A stretch of DNA of 64,000 bases from Takakia lepidozioides (GCA_030704615.1 CM060733.1:36704001-36768000); one strand, 5' to 3'. Counted from the stretch's first letter, positions 49,743 through 62,670 are shown. Notes: generated by a model from the sequence alone, not told the origin. Numbers and translations are program-made.

Positions 49743-52700
49743 TCAATGATTTCTGGAATCCCTAAGGAGGAGTTTGTGCAGCTCGTTCACGCTCAACGCC
49801 GGTGCATGAATAAAGTCATCAATAGTCACGTTCATCCTCAACCTCTTCAGGTAAATGTAATACAGATGCTTGCACGGATAATACTTCGAACCCTTCTTTG
49901 CTTCCATCAACGAGAAGTCCGTACAATTGCAAGTCGGCTCCACTCCAATCGTAATTGTGTATACATCGTCGCGTACAGCCGAGCCGGCCGTTGCCATCCG
50001 ATACACACGCCCAAGGCCGGGTGGGGGTACGTCCACGGAGCTCTGAATAGTGCAAGCCATCCCAAGAGCATTGGCAATCCGAGTCTCATTCAACTTGTTG
50101 GGAGGGTGTCGTCTCTTCACTCTTCCGAATCGCATTGTGGGATGTGCAGAATTGTCCAATCCGTCTCTACTGGACCGAGCAGTCTGCAATGGCTGGGTCT
50201 GAGGAACCGGAAATGCGTGGGCCGGGATGTCTGTGCGTTGCACCATTCGAAATCCTGCTGCAGATAGAGCATCCGCCTCATTCTGAGAGAGGCTGCAACC
50301 CGGTGCAACAGGCCAGACGCCCGGAGGCTCCGGCATTCCCTGAATCCCGTACTTGGGCTTGCCAAATACACAGGTCATTATGTCGTGCCTACAGAACCAA
50401 AATGTCTGCGTTGTGGCGTGAGCAAATGTGGGAGTCAAAAAATCTGCCGCTGAAACAAGGTGCAGGTACAGCACCGTGTGGGTTCCTCCGAATCATCTCA
50501 CCACAGCGTGCTCTCGTATCCACCCGGATGGCGCAGCACTTCCCTCGAAATGCCGGCAATGTCCTCGCAATTCTCCACTGTGACTCCGACACTCTTGTCT
50601 CCACAATGGGAATGTTGTACTGCTTTACTACAGATGGCTCGTTATGTTGCCGGGGCACGCGCCCTGTGCTCAAAGGAGATGGCGATCTTGAACGTGCAGG
50701 ACTTGCGGTGCTCGACGAGACCTCCTCGGGCAACATCACCGGACCACGAGGGAGCGTGCGAATATTCTTGTCAGCTCGCCATGAATCCTCTTCTCCGCCA
50801 GGTGCCTCGTCAAGTCTTCGTCTCACTGGACGGGTATGAACATCTCCTTCCAAATGTTGGCCTCTTCGCAGCAATGGCGTGTCCCGAAGGCCCTCTCGCA
50901 AGGCCGCCGCCCACTTCCGAGGATTCTTCGATCTAGGGCAGTCCATCAGCATTTCCTGCCTGTCCGGCCCCAAGCCCCACTGTTTCCCTTTCAAGAACTC
51001 GTTGTACCTGCATTGCTGCATAATTGACCTCACAATGTCCTCCGTTGTGGCAGTGAGGATGTCCACCAGATGCGCCGCAGAGGAGGCACGCCAGGAAGAG
51101 TGCACTGATTCGGCCATGTTTGTCGTGGGCATGTCGGTGTCGGAGTCGAGACACATTTCCTGCACAAGCACATGTTGAGGTTACAAGCAAGTTACAAATA
51201 TGGCCAAGAATAATATTCAACGGGACGCGAATTCGTGCAACTCACCTCCCGCATATAGTCGCCGAACTGGAGGAAACGATAATGCCACCATGCTAGCCAA
51301 CTGACCATTGCTCCCTCGTCTGATTTCCTTACAGCACCTGACGATGTCCACCAAGCCCGTATGCATGCAAACTGTGTCTCTGCATCATCCAAGGTGGGAG
51401 CGCGCTTCCACGCAAGGCACATGGAACGGTGCTCCTCTCTGAAATCTGGCGCCACGAGCCTGGTTGTGTACTGCGAAAGGCTCTGCAGAAAATGGAACCC
51501 ACAAGATCTCTCCTTGCCTTCCATGGGAACATTGGGGTCTTGCCCGTACACCCTTCGGATGGCAGCCCAATTTGCTTGTGCGTTGTCCGCCATGAAACCA
51601 CGGAAATTGGGAGGGGGCAATCCCGCCTTGGCCATCTGTTCGTTTATTCCCTGCCAAAGAAGCATCTCCGATTGTGTGTCCTCTCCTTTCATCTCACAAA
51701 TAGCAATTGTCATTAGCATCCTGCAGTGGGTGTCGTAGACATGTGCACCCATTGTCACCCACTGGTGATTTGTAATTCGCTTGATATGGTCGAACATGAC
51801 CCAACTGTTTGACAAGTTCCCACTCGTCATCCTGTCGACCAGTTCGACGCCGCTGCCAGGTCCACACGTGGACATTTTGAATACGAAACAACGATCTGCC
51901 TCAGTCCCTTGTCCTGGAAACCTACTTCCATGAATGTAGTCATATCCACATCGTCGCTTCACCTCCAGAATGGAGTGCATATCCGAGCCACGCCCAATTT
52001 TCTGTTTGCATGAGACAATGTGGTTTCGGACATTCGGTGAACATACGTGGGACACCGACTCCAGCAATGCCTCCATTTCCTTCTCGTCGAGAGGAACTCT
52101 ATCGGAGCCGTCTTCCGACATAATTCTGGCCAATGCCATCTTATGGGCGGCTTGGAGCTGTATCTGTTTGGGTTTGGCACCCGGTCTCAACTTAACCTCC
52201 TCCTGAACGAGCTGCTCTGCTTCGTGGGCAGCCTCCCGCGAGTTCCCCCTCCAATTTGTGACAATGGGAACCAACGTGTATGCAAGCTCGGGTGAGGTCA
52301 GGGAAACGGTGCAACACATAGAACTGCTTGGCATTACAAACAGACATGCAGTGTGGTGGTTCTTTGCAATGCGCACACTTAAATGTGGAGTTCGGAACCT
52401 TCTCCTGAGCTCGAAATGGTTGATGAGCTGTGCCTGTCCAATCGGTCTCGTTCCTGTGACCTCTGGATTTAAAGTGGAAGCAAGTTGGGAGAAACACCGC
52501 AACGCGCCCGCACAAACAACGTAGCGCACCCGCACACCATCGAGCATCTTCATGCTGGTGGTTTTGGTAACGCACCAAGGATGACCGTCATGTTTTCTAT
52601 CCATATCTGTCAACATTCCGGACGCCCTCGAGTAGTCCGCCCGAGGAGGGAACTCAAAGAAGATATTACCGTCGACGTCGGCGGGAAGGCATGTAACCGA

Positions 52701-53460
52701 TTTAATTGCGAACTTGCTGTAGTCCAGCCCGGCCAGCTCCGACCGGTGTCCCTCCAGGTGAAGCCCTCGCAGAATTTCAAGAATAGATCGAACTGCGGTG
52801 CTCGTGCTGGGAATATGACTCCCTCCTCCACTGACGTCCATTGAGGACTTGCCTGATCTCCAGGACGACCTCGGAACTTCCATGACCTCGTCTGAGTCGG
52901 ACAGGTTGTGAACAACCCGGTTCTCGCTCGTCTTCATGGATGGGTTCGGCTCTGGATTTACTTCGTTGCGGACTTCTCTCTTTGAGGTAGCCACTCTCTG
53001 ATTCGCGGATTGTTTCGTGGAAGGCGCCAGGATAGAAGGTGCATTTGGCGGGCAAATGAAGTCCCCAACAGCCCTGTATATGACGCTGTCCGATGGTGGA
53101 ACTCGCCATTCCCTGCCATCGCCGAAATCATCGTGGAGCACAATACTCTCGACAACAAGGCCGTTTGAGTCCTTCTTTCCTCCTCCAAAAAAACCGACCC
53201 CGGTTTCAGGTGGTATCGAACGCACAGATATTTCTCCATCACCCGGCAGATGTCCCCTCTGCACGGAAATGAAGCTCTATGCTCGTGAGGAGGGCAGTAC
53301 ACTGTAGCGCTCGGGTTTTCCGCCATGGGAGATGTGCACACAAGACTGCCAGGATGGCGTGCGGGGAAGCTCCCTGGTAGAAGGGGGATGCAGCGATGGG
53401 AATGAATGCGATGCCGATTTGTCCGAGCGACGAAGCCTGATCCAAATCCAGGGAGCCAAC
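49743..53460 (-). pseudogene. MULE-2 transposase (GCM/WRKY-like N-terminal zinc domain, DDE core, C-terminal SWIM); few frameshifts; 5' end approximate
   Basis: WVMFDH...GFMADNAQA...SCGFH...PTTNMAESVH (D, D, CxxH, E); SWIM PTCNCTDF...PCKHLYY; N-terminal CAGALRC...CAHC...HVGSHCH. Intron 51245-51160. Confidence 0.82.
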
Positions 53461-53624
53461 TATCTCAAAAATCCACAGTCAGAGTGTTAATGAACCTTGT
53501 CTCCGGAATGCGGCCCCTGGTCTTTGCGCAATAACTGCCAACGGTATGCAGTCAGAAAGTGGGGGGCCGTCCGGATGATGACGGCTGAAGGGGAGAAGCC
53601 GGCACCGTGCCGTCACATTACTAC

Positions 53625-54475
53625 CCCCGAATGGAAATTCGGCACCCAATATCCAACAGGGGAAGCCCGGATGAAGTCGCCTCGGGCGCAGAGGCCGGGT
53701 GTGCGACAGAGAACATCCCCTGGATGGAGATTCGGCGCCGAATTTCCATCCGGGCCCCCCAAAGGAAGTCGTGTCGGGGGTCAGGCCGAAAACTGGCCGG
53801 CATAAAAACATCCCCAGATGGAAAAACGGCGCCGAATTTCCATCCGGGGCGGTTCGGATGCAGTCGGGGAGGGGGAGAGGTGGCCCACATTTCAACCCCC
53901 CGGACGGAAATTCGGCACCGAATATCCAACAGGGGACGCCCGGATGAAGTCGCCTCGGGCGTAGAGGCCGGCACGTGTTCGACAGAGAGCATCCCCTGGA
54001 TGGAGATTCGGCGCCGAATTTCCATCCGGGCCCCCCCAAAGGAAGTCTGTCGGGGGTCAGACCGAAAACTGGCCGACATAAAAACCTCCCCAGATGGAAA
54101 AAACGGCGCCGAATTTCAATCCGGGGCCGTTCCAATGCAGTCGGGGAGGGGGAGAGGTCGGCACCTGGCCGTCATATTTCAACCCCCGGACGGAAATTCG
54201 GCACCGAATATCCAACAGAGCGGCGGAGAGGCCGGCACCTCTCCGACAGAGACCATCCCCGGATGGAAATTCGGCGCCGAGGGGGCGGCATGGGATTCGG
54301 ATGGAAATTCGGCGCCGAGCGGCGGATGGAATTTCGGCGCCGGATTCCATCCCCCTGTGGAAATCCGGCGCCGGAGCCCGCGCCGGCGCGGATGGAAATC
54401 CCGGATTTCCATCCATCCGCGCGTGAGGAAATTTCGCGCGCCGCCCTACCTTGCTGGATGGCGCCGGAATTCCAT
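53625..54475. repeat. ~275-bp tandem units and palindromic GAAATTCGGCGCCGAATTTC-type array between divergent genes
   Basis: Units start at ~53633, ~53906 and ~54192; nine GGCGCC-centred sites counted by eye. Confidence 0.88.
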
Positions 54476-55289
54476 CGTGCAGCGCTCCGAATTACCTCTA
54501 CGTTGGAAATTCCGGCTTTTCCGTCGATTTTCATCCGACATGGAGGGCTTCATCCGACATTTAATTGCGCAGTTGGGCAATAAATGTCCACCGCCGTCGG
54601 TTTTCATTCGGGCTGGCGACACATGGCTTCCTGGATACGTACCCTAAATCTGATGCTAATCTTGGCTTAACATGCTATTCGAGGCATGTACCCCAAAACG
54701 GAGATCTTTTTCCATTTTGGCTGGGACTTATGCCGCCTGAAGGCGTGGCTCTCCTGAGAGAGACCTCACATCCAGACCGCGGCGGAAGTTGAAAGCTCTG
54801 TACTACGGACGACGGCCAATCTCTCGCATGGCCAAACTGAAGCTCCAGCAGGAGATTCCAGTGTCTTGCTCACAACCCGCGCCAACTGAAGCCGAGTACT
54901 CTCAGGCAAGCCACTTCTGCTTTCGCTTTGTTCGATTTCTTTTTTGCTTTCGCTTTGTTGCCTCGCTTTGTTTTTTTGCATCTTCATCCTGGCTTCGCTG
55001 GATGAGTGAACTTTAGATAGTTGAGTGAACCTTAGATTGTTTGCAATGCGTGTGCAAATCCGGCAGCTCTGGAGAAGGCTGCTTGTGCATGTCATTCTCA
55101 GGCAATGTTGCATTTGTTTTCATTGTTGTTGCATGGCTCTCCATACTTCCTAAACTTGTTATGTTTTCATTTTTGTTACACGATTGTTGCTATGGTGGTT
55201 GCGCTGCTCGTTGCGATGCTGGTTTTTGCACCGATGTTGGTTTTCACGATTTTTGGGAATGACAGAGTGACGACGAGCCCGGCACGCTG

Positions 55290-57790
55290 GTGGTATCATC
55301 GACAGCTCCAACTCATCGCATGTTTGAATCGCCCAACTTGGGGCGAGAGGGCAAACTTAAACCTTTTGTTGGTGGACGGGAGGACTTGCAACGAGAGTAC
55401 GACAGAATAGGCATTGGGGAGGTTGGTGCAGGCGGCATGGCAGGTGAAGGGCGTGAGGACATGAGGACAGCAGATCCGGCAATGGAGGTTGTTCATGCAC
55501 ATGCAGTAGGGCCCGCCCACGCAAAGAAAAAGAAGAAAGCTAAGCACATGCAATCCCCGGCGAGAGAGCCGTCACGGGCTGCGGAGGGGGGAGTGAGCAG
55601 TGCGCGCGAGGGTGTCAGTTCGCCTCAATCAAAGGTGGTCGTCCTGGAGGGCTCCCCTGCTGCTAGCCCTAGTAAGAAACAGAAAGCCCGTGAGAGGGCA
55701 AAAGAGAGGGCAAAAGAACAGACGAGACAATGCTAGCCAGGAGGAAAGAGAAAAGGCCACTGAAGAGGCCAGGGGTGCCCAAATGACAGATGCCAATGTA
55801 AGCGAGGGACGCACAGAGACGGTGGATCCCTCCAAGACACCACAGAGAGGCAGTAACACACCGGTTAGACCATCGCGGGCAAGAGCAGCCCCTGCAATTA
55901 CCCATACGGTGGAGAGTGGAGGAGAGGAAAGAACACCTGAAAGAGCACGGATTGTGCAAGTTCGAGGTGAAGCCAGGGAGAGGGCAGTAGAGACGGGGAG
56001 AGTGCTGGAGGTGGTTTCGCAGGTGGCTGACCCTGTTGAGGAGGACGACAGGAGCTTTCTGACCAGGATGACATCCTCCCGGACATCCCCAGGCCCCAAA
56101 CCCGGAGCATACAGGCTGGATTTGGCGGTCCTGGTGGGCTGCCGGAAAACCCCTCTGCAGCAGACGTCATGTCTGAGGCGGATATGAAGTTGGCCGCTGC
56201 CAAGATGTTGGAGGCAACCCACAGCAACATTGGCAGGGTGCTGGGGGGCATGGTGTAACCCGGCCAAGCTTCGAATTCCCCTTTGCCGCTTGGTGTCATT
56301 GCAGGTGGTGAGACCTGCCCTCCCAGGCGATATCGACAAGCTGAAATTCTCTTTCCGGGATGGATATCGAATGGGGTCTGCCGCGTTTTACGTTTCCATT
56401 GAGAACGACCACGGAGCTTCCCGTGCCCACACTTCCGATGAGGTGGACAAATGGGGTCCCCATTGGCAAACGCGAAATGAGGAGTTCGAGAGATCGATTG
56501 CTAGTGATCCTCTTTTCCAGCACTTGTCCGGTAAGATGTTCTACGTGTGGGACGGCAATCATCGCCTCCTGGCATGGATGGAGCACATTGCCCAAGCCCA
56601 CCCCAACGACCTCGATTGGCATTTCGCCGTGGATTGTGTTGTGCTGAAGGTTGCGGGGCCCAAAGATCGCAGTCTTCTCAAAGCTGCAATGGCCGACATC
56701 AACTCGTAAGCTACAACGCCTCTCGCTTTTGGACTTTGAATTTGGAAGTCATTTCATTGCGAATCCTCATATATGATGAAAATTCCCATTTCAGTATTGT
56801 TTGATGGAAATGTGGCACTGCAGGGTGACTGAGAATGCCTTCATTGCCACCAACTTGTCCCATATGCTCTTCGAGTGAAGGATGTCGGGAAGCAGGGGGT
56901 GCAAGAGTTTGCCAATTCCCTCAGTGCCGACCTCCTGCGCAAGTCGGAGGCAAAGGCAGACAGAACCTGGTATAGGCTGAGCGTCGACGCCATGGTGGAC
57001 TACATATTTCGGGTAAAGCTCCTGACAGTTTTGTTGAGCTAATCTGTCTCTCCTCCCCCAATAGAAGAAATTGTGTTGAGCAGGATCTCTAATCTTATGT
57101 GCGCATTCTTGACAGACGAAAATACAGCAGGATTTGGCACATGCGCGGAGGTTCTACATGGAGTCAGAGGAGAAGAATCCAACCCTCCCGGAACTCGAAT
57201 CGTATGTCAAAGCTGCGGAGGTGAGGGCCCGCATAAAGTACAAGTCGCGGATGGTAAAGTACGTGGCCATAGCTGATCCCGCCCTTGGTGCCGACTTTCT
57301 GGTGGAGGTGGGGAAGCACTACTCTCGCGCTCTGAAGCCATGACATTGGAGAAGCTCCATCGTCTAGCCACATCCTGTGTGGATGCAACAGAAAAGGTGA
57401 TACATTCTTAACCAAATTGTGGTGGCAACAACTCCTTTTTGTGGTGTTTGGCGCTTACGAATATGCTGGGTGGTTGGACAGACCCGGTGGCTCCAAATCT
57501 GGAATGGTTCCCAAAGTACCAGGGACATGTGGAGCTTCCCCAAACCGGACAAACTCTCTGACCCCACATTCGACATGTGGATGAACCGCATGACATGGTG
57601 GTTTCAGGTACTTCCCCACGCTTCGTTTGGGGCTTCTACTCTAGTAGGGGGTGGATTCATTGTATTTTTTCAGGAAAGCGATCTGATGGAGAATCTCCAC
57701 AGGTGACGACGAATGCGCAAGAGCAGCTGGACACACAAGCACATCAGTTCAAGATGGAGATATCTCCTGCAGCAAAGTCACTCCAAACTA
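55290..57790 (+). pseudogene. Spliced ParB/Srx-domain gene; frameshifted, 3'-truncated; 5' end approximate
   Basis: LRIPLCRLVSLQVVRP...MFYVWDGNHRLLAW...VDCVVL in ORF 56230-56709. GT-AG introns 56706-56823 and 57013-57115; probable further introns near 57398-57481 and 57608-57673. Low-complexity K/E-rich N-terminus. Confidence 0.68.
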
Positions 57791-60392
57791 GATTCACTCA
57801 ACCAGCTAACTTGCAGAATTGAACATGTAAATTTAGGGCCGATTCTGATAAGAGGGAAAAACAGGGTGAAATGTGTTGAAGAAGATGCCTTCATTAGCAG
57901 TGCCTGATTTTATCACTTGTGCCGCTGCTCCCAGTTTGACCATCTACCCATGCAGGTTTCTTGTAGCTATTGATCCACAGGGAATCACAGGTAATCTTGT
58001 GCTTGAAATTTGGCCTTCTTGGATGAATCTGGACCCACACGAAATCCCTGCTCCTTCAGCTATCCATGCCTCTGCACAAATCATGCATACATCCTCGCCT
58101 TGCTGCTAGCAGCTGACAATGACAACCTAGAATTGTCAAAGCAAACACTAGCAGGGAAAACAGGGTGAAATATGTTGAAGAAGGTACCTTCATCCTTTTC
58201 TCCATCATTTGCTTTCAGGTGTCCAAAGCCCCATCCCGCGCTCCTGTTCTGCACACCCTTCAAGCATCGCATTCCACGACACCACATCTAGTTCAGCCAT
58301 AGTGTTGAACACTCCCTTGGCATCCTCAATGCTCCCACATTTAGCATACATGGCCACCAGAGCCATGTTCAGGATGACATCTGGTACAATTGCAGATTTG
58401 ATGATGTCACCAGGGATCTCTTTGCCCTTTTCCAGGGCTGCAAACGCACACAAACGTTATGTCGGCGGCCTTCACCCCTTCCCCCATCATTTTCTCAAAG
58501 GTTGGAGCCTCCATCCCACACCCCAGCTGTGCATACCCAGCAAGCATCGCACTCCACGACACCACATCTCGTTCAGCCACAGTGTTGAACACTCCCTTTG
58601 CATCCTCAATGCACCCACAATTGGCGTACATGTCCACCAGGGCAGGGGCAGTGTTCAAAAGGACATGTGGTAATTTGACAGGCATTCACCTCCTGACTTG
58701 GCTATTCCCAACCCATCCTGCCATTGACAAGAGATTCCACAAAAACTGATAGTTGTCTGTTTGACTGTATAACTATGTATCTCTCTTGCTTTCTTACAGC
58801 TTGTACTGTGACACGCGTAATGCTCTTGTTGTGTTGAATCATTTCACGCCTTTAGGTTTCAGAACAAACATTACCGTCTTTCTTTATCAGACATGTGCAC
58901 CAAGACAGAATCTCACCAAAAGATTGTTGGTGTTCAACAGTACCATACATGAAGATAACTAGCACCAAAAGGGCATATGAAGCTTATTCTGCTCTCCACT
59001 GGTATTAACTTGCACCAGGACTTTCAATGGCTGTCTTCCAGTCCACCCACGGCCCGCTGTAAATGGCTTGCAACCTACAGATTTTCAAGAGAGCTGATTA
59101 CCATGAAAATTTCAAAACTGGCTTTACAAACCTAATAATTCAAGCATAATCAGCATTCAAGCTAAGGAAGCTTTACAAGCATCGTGTTGCGAGTAAAGCC
59201 TTGGCAATGTCACCAGGAAATCCCTAGCTGAATGGATGACACTGAAATAATGGAGCTTGAAATCCGGCCCTCTTGGACGAATTTGGGCCCACACTCTATC
59301 CCTGCTCCTTCAGCTATCTATGCCTCTGCACAAAATCCTTCAGCTATCTATGCATACATCCTTGCCTTCCTGCTAGCAGCTGACAATGACAGCCTAGAAT
59401 TGTTCCAGCAAACACCCCAACCCTACTTATCAACGAGCAATGAGCTAACTTACAAAATTCAATATGCATCTCAGGGCGTCTGATGAGAGGGCAAAACATG
59501 CTGAAATAGGTCGAAGAAGAAGGTGCCCTCACCACACTGTCCTTGACCTTGTGTCATGACCCATGGAGGATTTGACCTTGTGTGTGATGCTTGTGTCTGT
59601 AGTCAGGTAATGTCGGATTGGTCAATGAGAACCTGCACCACGGTGCAGCTGAGCAGGCAGACTTTGAAACACGGTCTGCTAAGACCAAGCTAACTCTCCC
59701 AAGAACCTTGTAAACATCAGGAAGAATATCAAATCATGGTACTAACAGGAGCCAACAACCCACATTTGCAGGATGGACAAAATTCTGCACATCGTACATT
59801 AAAAAAAAACCACACCTTGCGATTGCGGTCGCACCCTCGTGAAGGATCTTAAAAAAACTCATGCCAGCTCTGCTCCATGATTCAAATTCAGGGCCGATTC
59901 TGATGAGAGGGCAAAATAGGCTGAAATAGGTCGAAGAAGAAGGTGCCCTCACCACATTGTCCTCGACCTTGTGTCATGACCCATGGAGGATTTGACTGAA
60001 CATGAACCCAAGATGACCTCTAGTGTGTGCTGCTTGTGTCTGTAGTTAGGTAATGTCGGATTGGTCAGTGAGAACCACCACGGTGCAGCTGAGTGGGCAG
60101 AGATTGAAACACGGCCTACTAAGACCAAGCTAACTCTCCCAAGAACCTTGTAAACATCAGGAAGAATACCAAATCATGGTACTAACAGGAGAGCCAACCC
60201 ACATTTGCAGGATGGACAAACTTCTTCACATCGTACATTAAGAAAAAGCCACCCTTGCGATTGCGGTTGTCCCACCATCGTGAAGGATCTTTTAGAAACT
60301 CATGCCAGCTCTGCTCCGTGCTGTAAAATCAGGGCCGAGCGGGTAGAGATTGAAACACGGCCTGCTAAGACGAAGCTGACTCTCCCAAGAAC
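57790..60392 (-). repeat. PPR remnants and ~420-bp tandem repeat, inverted relative to 32090-32802 and 45379-46275
   Basis: ALVAMYAKCGSIEDAKGVFNTMAELDVVSWNAML at 58205-58685. AGGTGCCCTCACCAC at 59521 and 59941 (period 420). 57790-57865 is the reverse complement of ~45880-45957. Confidence 0.85.
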
Positions 60393-60899
60393 GGCGGGCT
60401 CCCAGCCGAAACCTCCTCGCACACATACCCTAGCGTTTCTAGGGTTGCTTGCTCCAGATGCGAAGGTTGATCCAACTGCGGGCCTCCCATGCATGTTTGC
60501 CCTCTCTCCCGCTCGCTCGCTCTAAGTCCCAACTCTCTCTCTCTCTCTCCGCTCGCTCTAAGTCTGTTCACGCTACTGTGATGGGCAACTTTTTAAGTTT
60601 TTTACCTTTTTGTAAACCCTAAAAGCCCCTTTTTGATTTTTTTTTTTTTTTTTTTCTTAAAGGAAACCACAAGCCCTTGAGGAGGGGAAAATTAACCCCG
60701 CCTTCATTTATGGACCATAAGACCTATAGGACGATCAACGTCAAGACATACCGTCTCGAACAATCCCACACACGGATAAGGGCAGCGGGTTTGAACCCCA
60801 AACCACAAGGGCGACACACTGTGCACTTACCAGCCGATGTGATTTTTTTTAAATCTTTGTTTTTTTTGGGTTTTTTTAATTCATTCTAGTGGTAAGAGT

Positions 60900-61298
60900 C
60901 TCCATTTTTTTAAGGTATAAATATTCATATATTATATATATAACCAGAAAAGCATGTGTTGACACGTGTAGTCATGTAGTGATTCATCTATGTGATGATC
61001 TGGCATAATGCATTAGAGTGAGAGTCATGAAGTCATATGTCTGTCTTGCAATATGCGCACGTCATTCTAGTGTAGCCATGACCGTGACTGGTAGTCATAT
61101 CTGCCATGCCAATATTCGTGGTCAAACATGTTTGACCTGTGTTGCGCAGAGTCCGAAGCCATGCAGTCGCATATACGCCTTCTCCAGACCTGCATTATGA
61201 CTTCAAAAGCATTTTACGACTGCAAATGGCATTTCTGCCACAAATCTGTCATGACTGCGAACCCATGGGAGTCATAAAAGCCGCAATCTGTTGTAGTG
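60900..61298. mobile_element. CACTA right terminus with subterminal GTCAT/ATGAC repeats; left limit unclear
   Basis: ...AATCTGTTGTAGTG ends at 61298 (CACTACAACAGATT on the minus strand), preceded by many GTCATA/GTCATG/TATGAC motifs. Confidence 0.65.
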
Positions 61299-61299
61299 G

Positions 61300-62670
61300 A
61301 GCGCAATGTTGAATGCAGCTGCTGCCTCCAGTTGGACTTGGACTGCTTCCAAAGCTGCCTTGGAGCTGTCTTCCATCTGCACTTGTTTTCCATAGCATCG
61401 AGGCGAGCTGCTAGTGAACCAATTCCCTGCCCCAACACATAGAACAACTCCAAATGAACAATTCACTACACTGAACTGATGAACTAGTAAGAAAAGAAAA
61501 CCAAACGGGAACTAGCAATGGCATGGAAATCATGAATATGTAATTCACACCAAAATTGGGACTGAGTTTATATACTGATGTGGCTGCACTGCCTATACAC
61601 CCCGACCCATTGCTTTTGTTACTCCTGGCGCTTCTGCCATCCACATTGGGAAGGTGACATGGCGCACAATTACGCACATGGTCCTTCCAAGTCATGCCCT
61701 CCTGCAAACTTGGTGTACGTCCAGTCTCCTTCTCCTGTGATTGCAACAAACTTGCAAGTGTAATGACTAGCATAGCACACTGCCAACAGTAAGGAATTAT
61801 CTAGGATAGCGTCAATGACTCCCCCTTAATAAGAGTGCTTAGTTTCTTGCTGGCGCCCAACTCTGAGAAGGCCCCCAAGTAGTAGCGATGTGCACTAATT
61901 CCATCCATATAGGAACATACTCTGAGCTCCAGCCAAAAAAACCCAACACAGAAAAATTGTCAATGCAAAACAATGTGGGAACTTCCTATGTTGTAAGAGA
62001 AGTATACCAGTTGTGCTACAACACCGATGATTCCACTGCGACCCGATCAAGATGAATTCTTCACACATCCCCGCGCCTTGATACCATTTGCCTGGAATTT
62101 CTTGAAATCTGTGGAACGTCAACTAACAACTAGTTGTGCCCATGTCTTGTCTGGCACATGATGGGGTTTGGGCAGCCCCACACTATAGTAATTTTTGAAC
62201 AGCTTATTTCGTTGGTACTTGAGCTGCCCGCAAATTGGTTTTGTAATAGCCTTTATGTTAAGACCAGGAGGTCCGTATTCCCAATCTGAAGCCAATATCT
62301 CCATGATCTCTTCAATTAAGTGTAATGGTTGATCCTGAGCATACAATGACCAGTCCAACAAACGTTGATACTGCCCTCGCAGAGCTGTCATCCACTGCTT
62401 CTGCTGAGGAAAGTGGGGGAGAAGACGCAGAAGATTCCCAGGAGGTGAGGTGGACAGTCCCCCAAGGAGAAATCTACGAGCCCGACGGGCTCTAATAGCT
62501 GCTGCCTCCTCCCTCATCTTCATTTTCTTGAGGCTTGCCTCGTCTAAAATCTGCTGTACACGACTACGTTCGGAACACCTCCTAATGGACACCGAAGCAA
62601 GCAAGCCGGGCAGCATAAGTAGGAAGGATGTACTCCCTTTCTGGACTAGGCATGAAATCCCCCCTGGCAA
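61300..62670 (-). pseudogene. En/Spm TnpA-like (Transposase_24-type) ORF remnant
   Basis: KYQRNKLFKNYY...PHHVPDKTWAQLVVS*RSTDFKKFQANGIKARGCVKNSS*SGRSG resembles the P..V....W..LV..W...R...G pattern; in-frame stops. Confidence 0.5.

Noticed and set aside
58205-58685. Functional PPR gene
   Set aside because: Only a few motifs, broken by frameshifts, with no start context or E/DYW domain.
60615-60625. Telomere-like AAACCCT
   Set aside because: Single copy, expected by chance or as a telo-box; not an array.
60884-60891. TTCTAGTG as another CACTA end (also CGCTACTG at 60571)
   Set aside because: Too short, with no partner terminus or TSD.
46276-61298. Pairing the two CACTA ends as one 15-kb element
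   Set aside because: The termini match for only 8 nt (CACTACAA), subterminal motifs differ, and the 3-bp flanks GCT and GAG are not a TSD.
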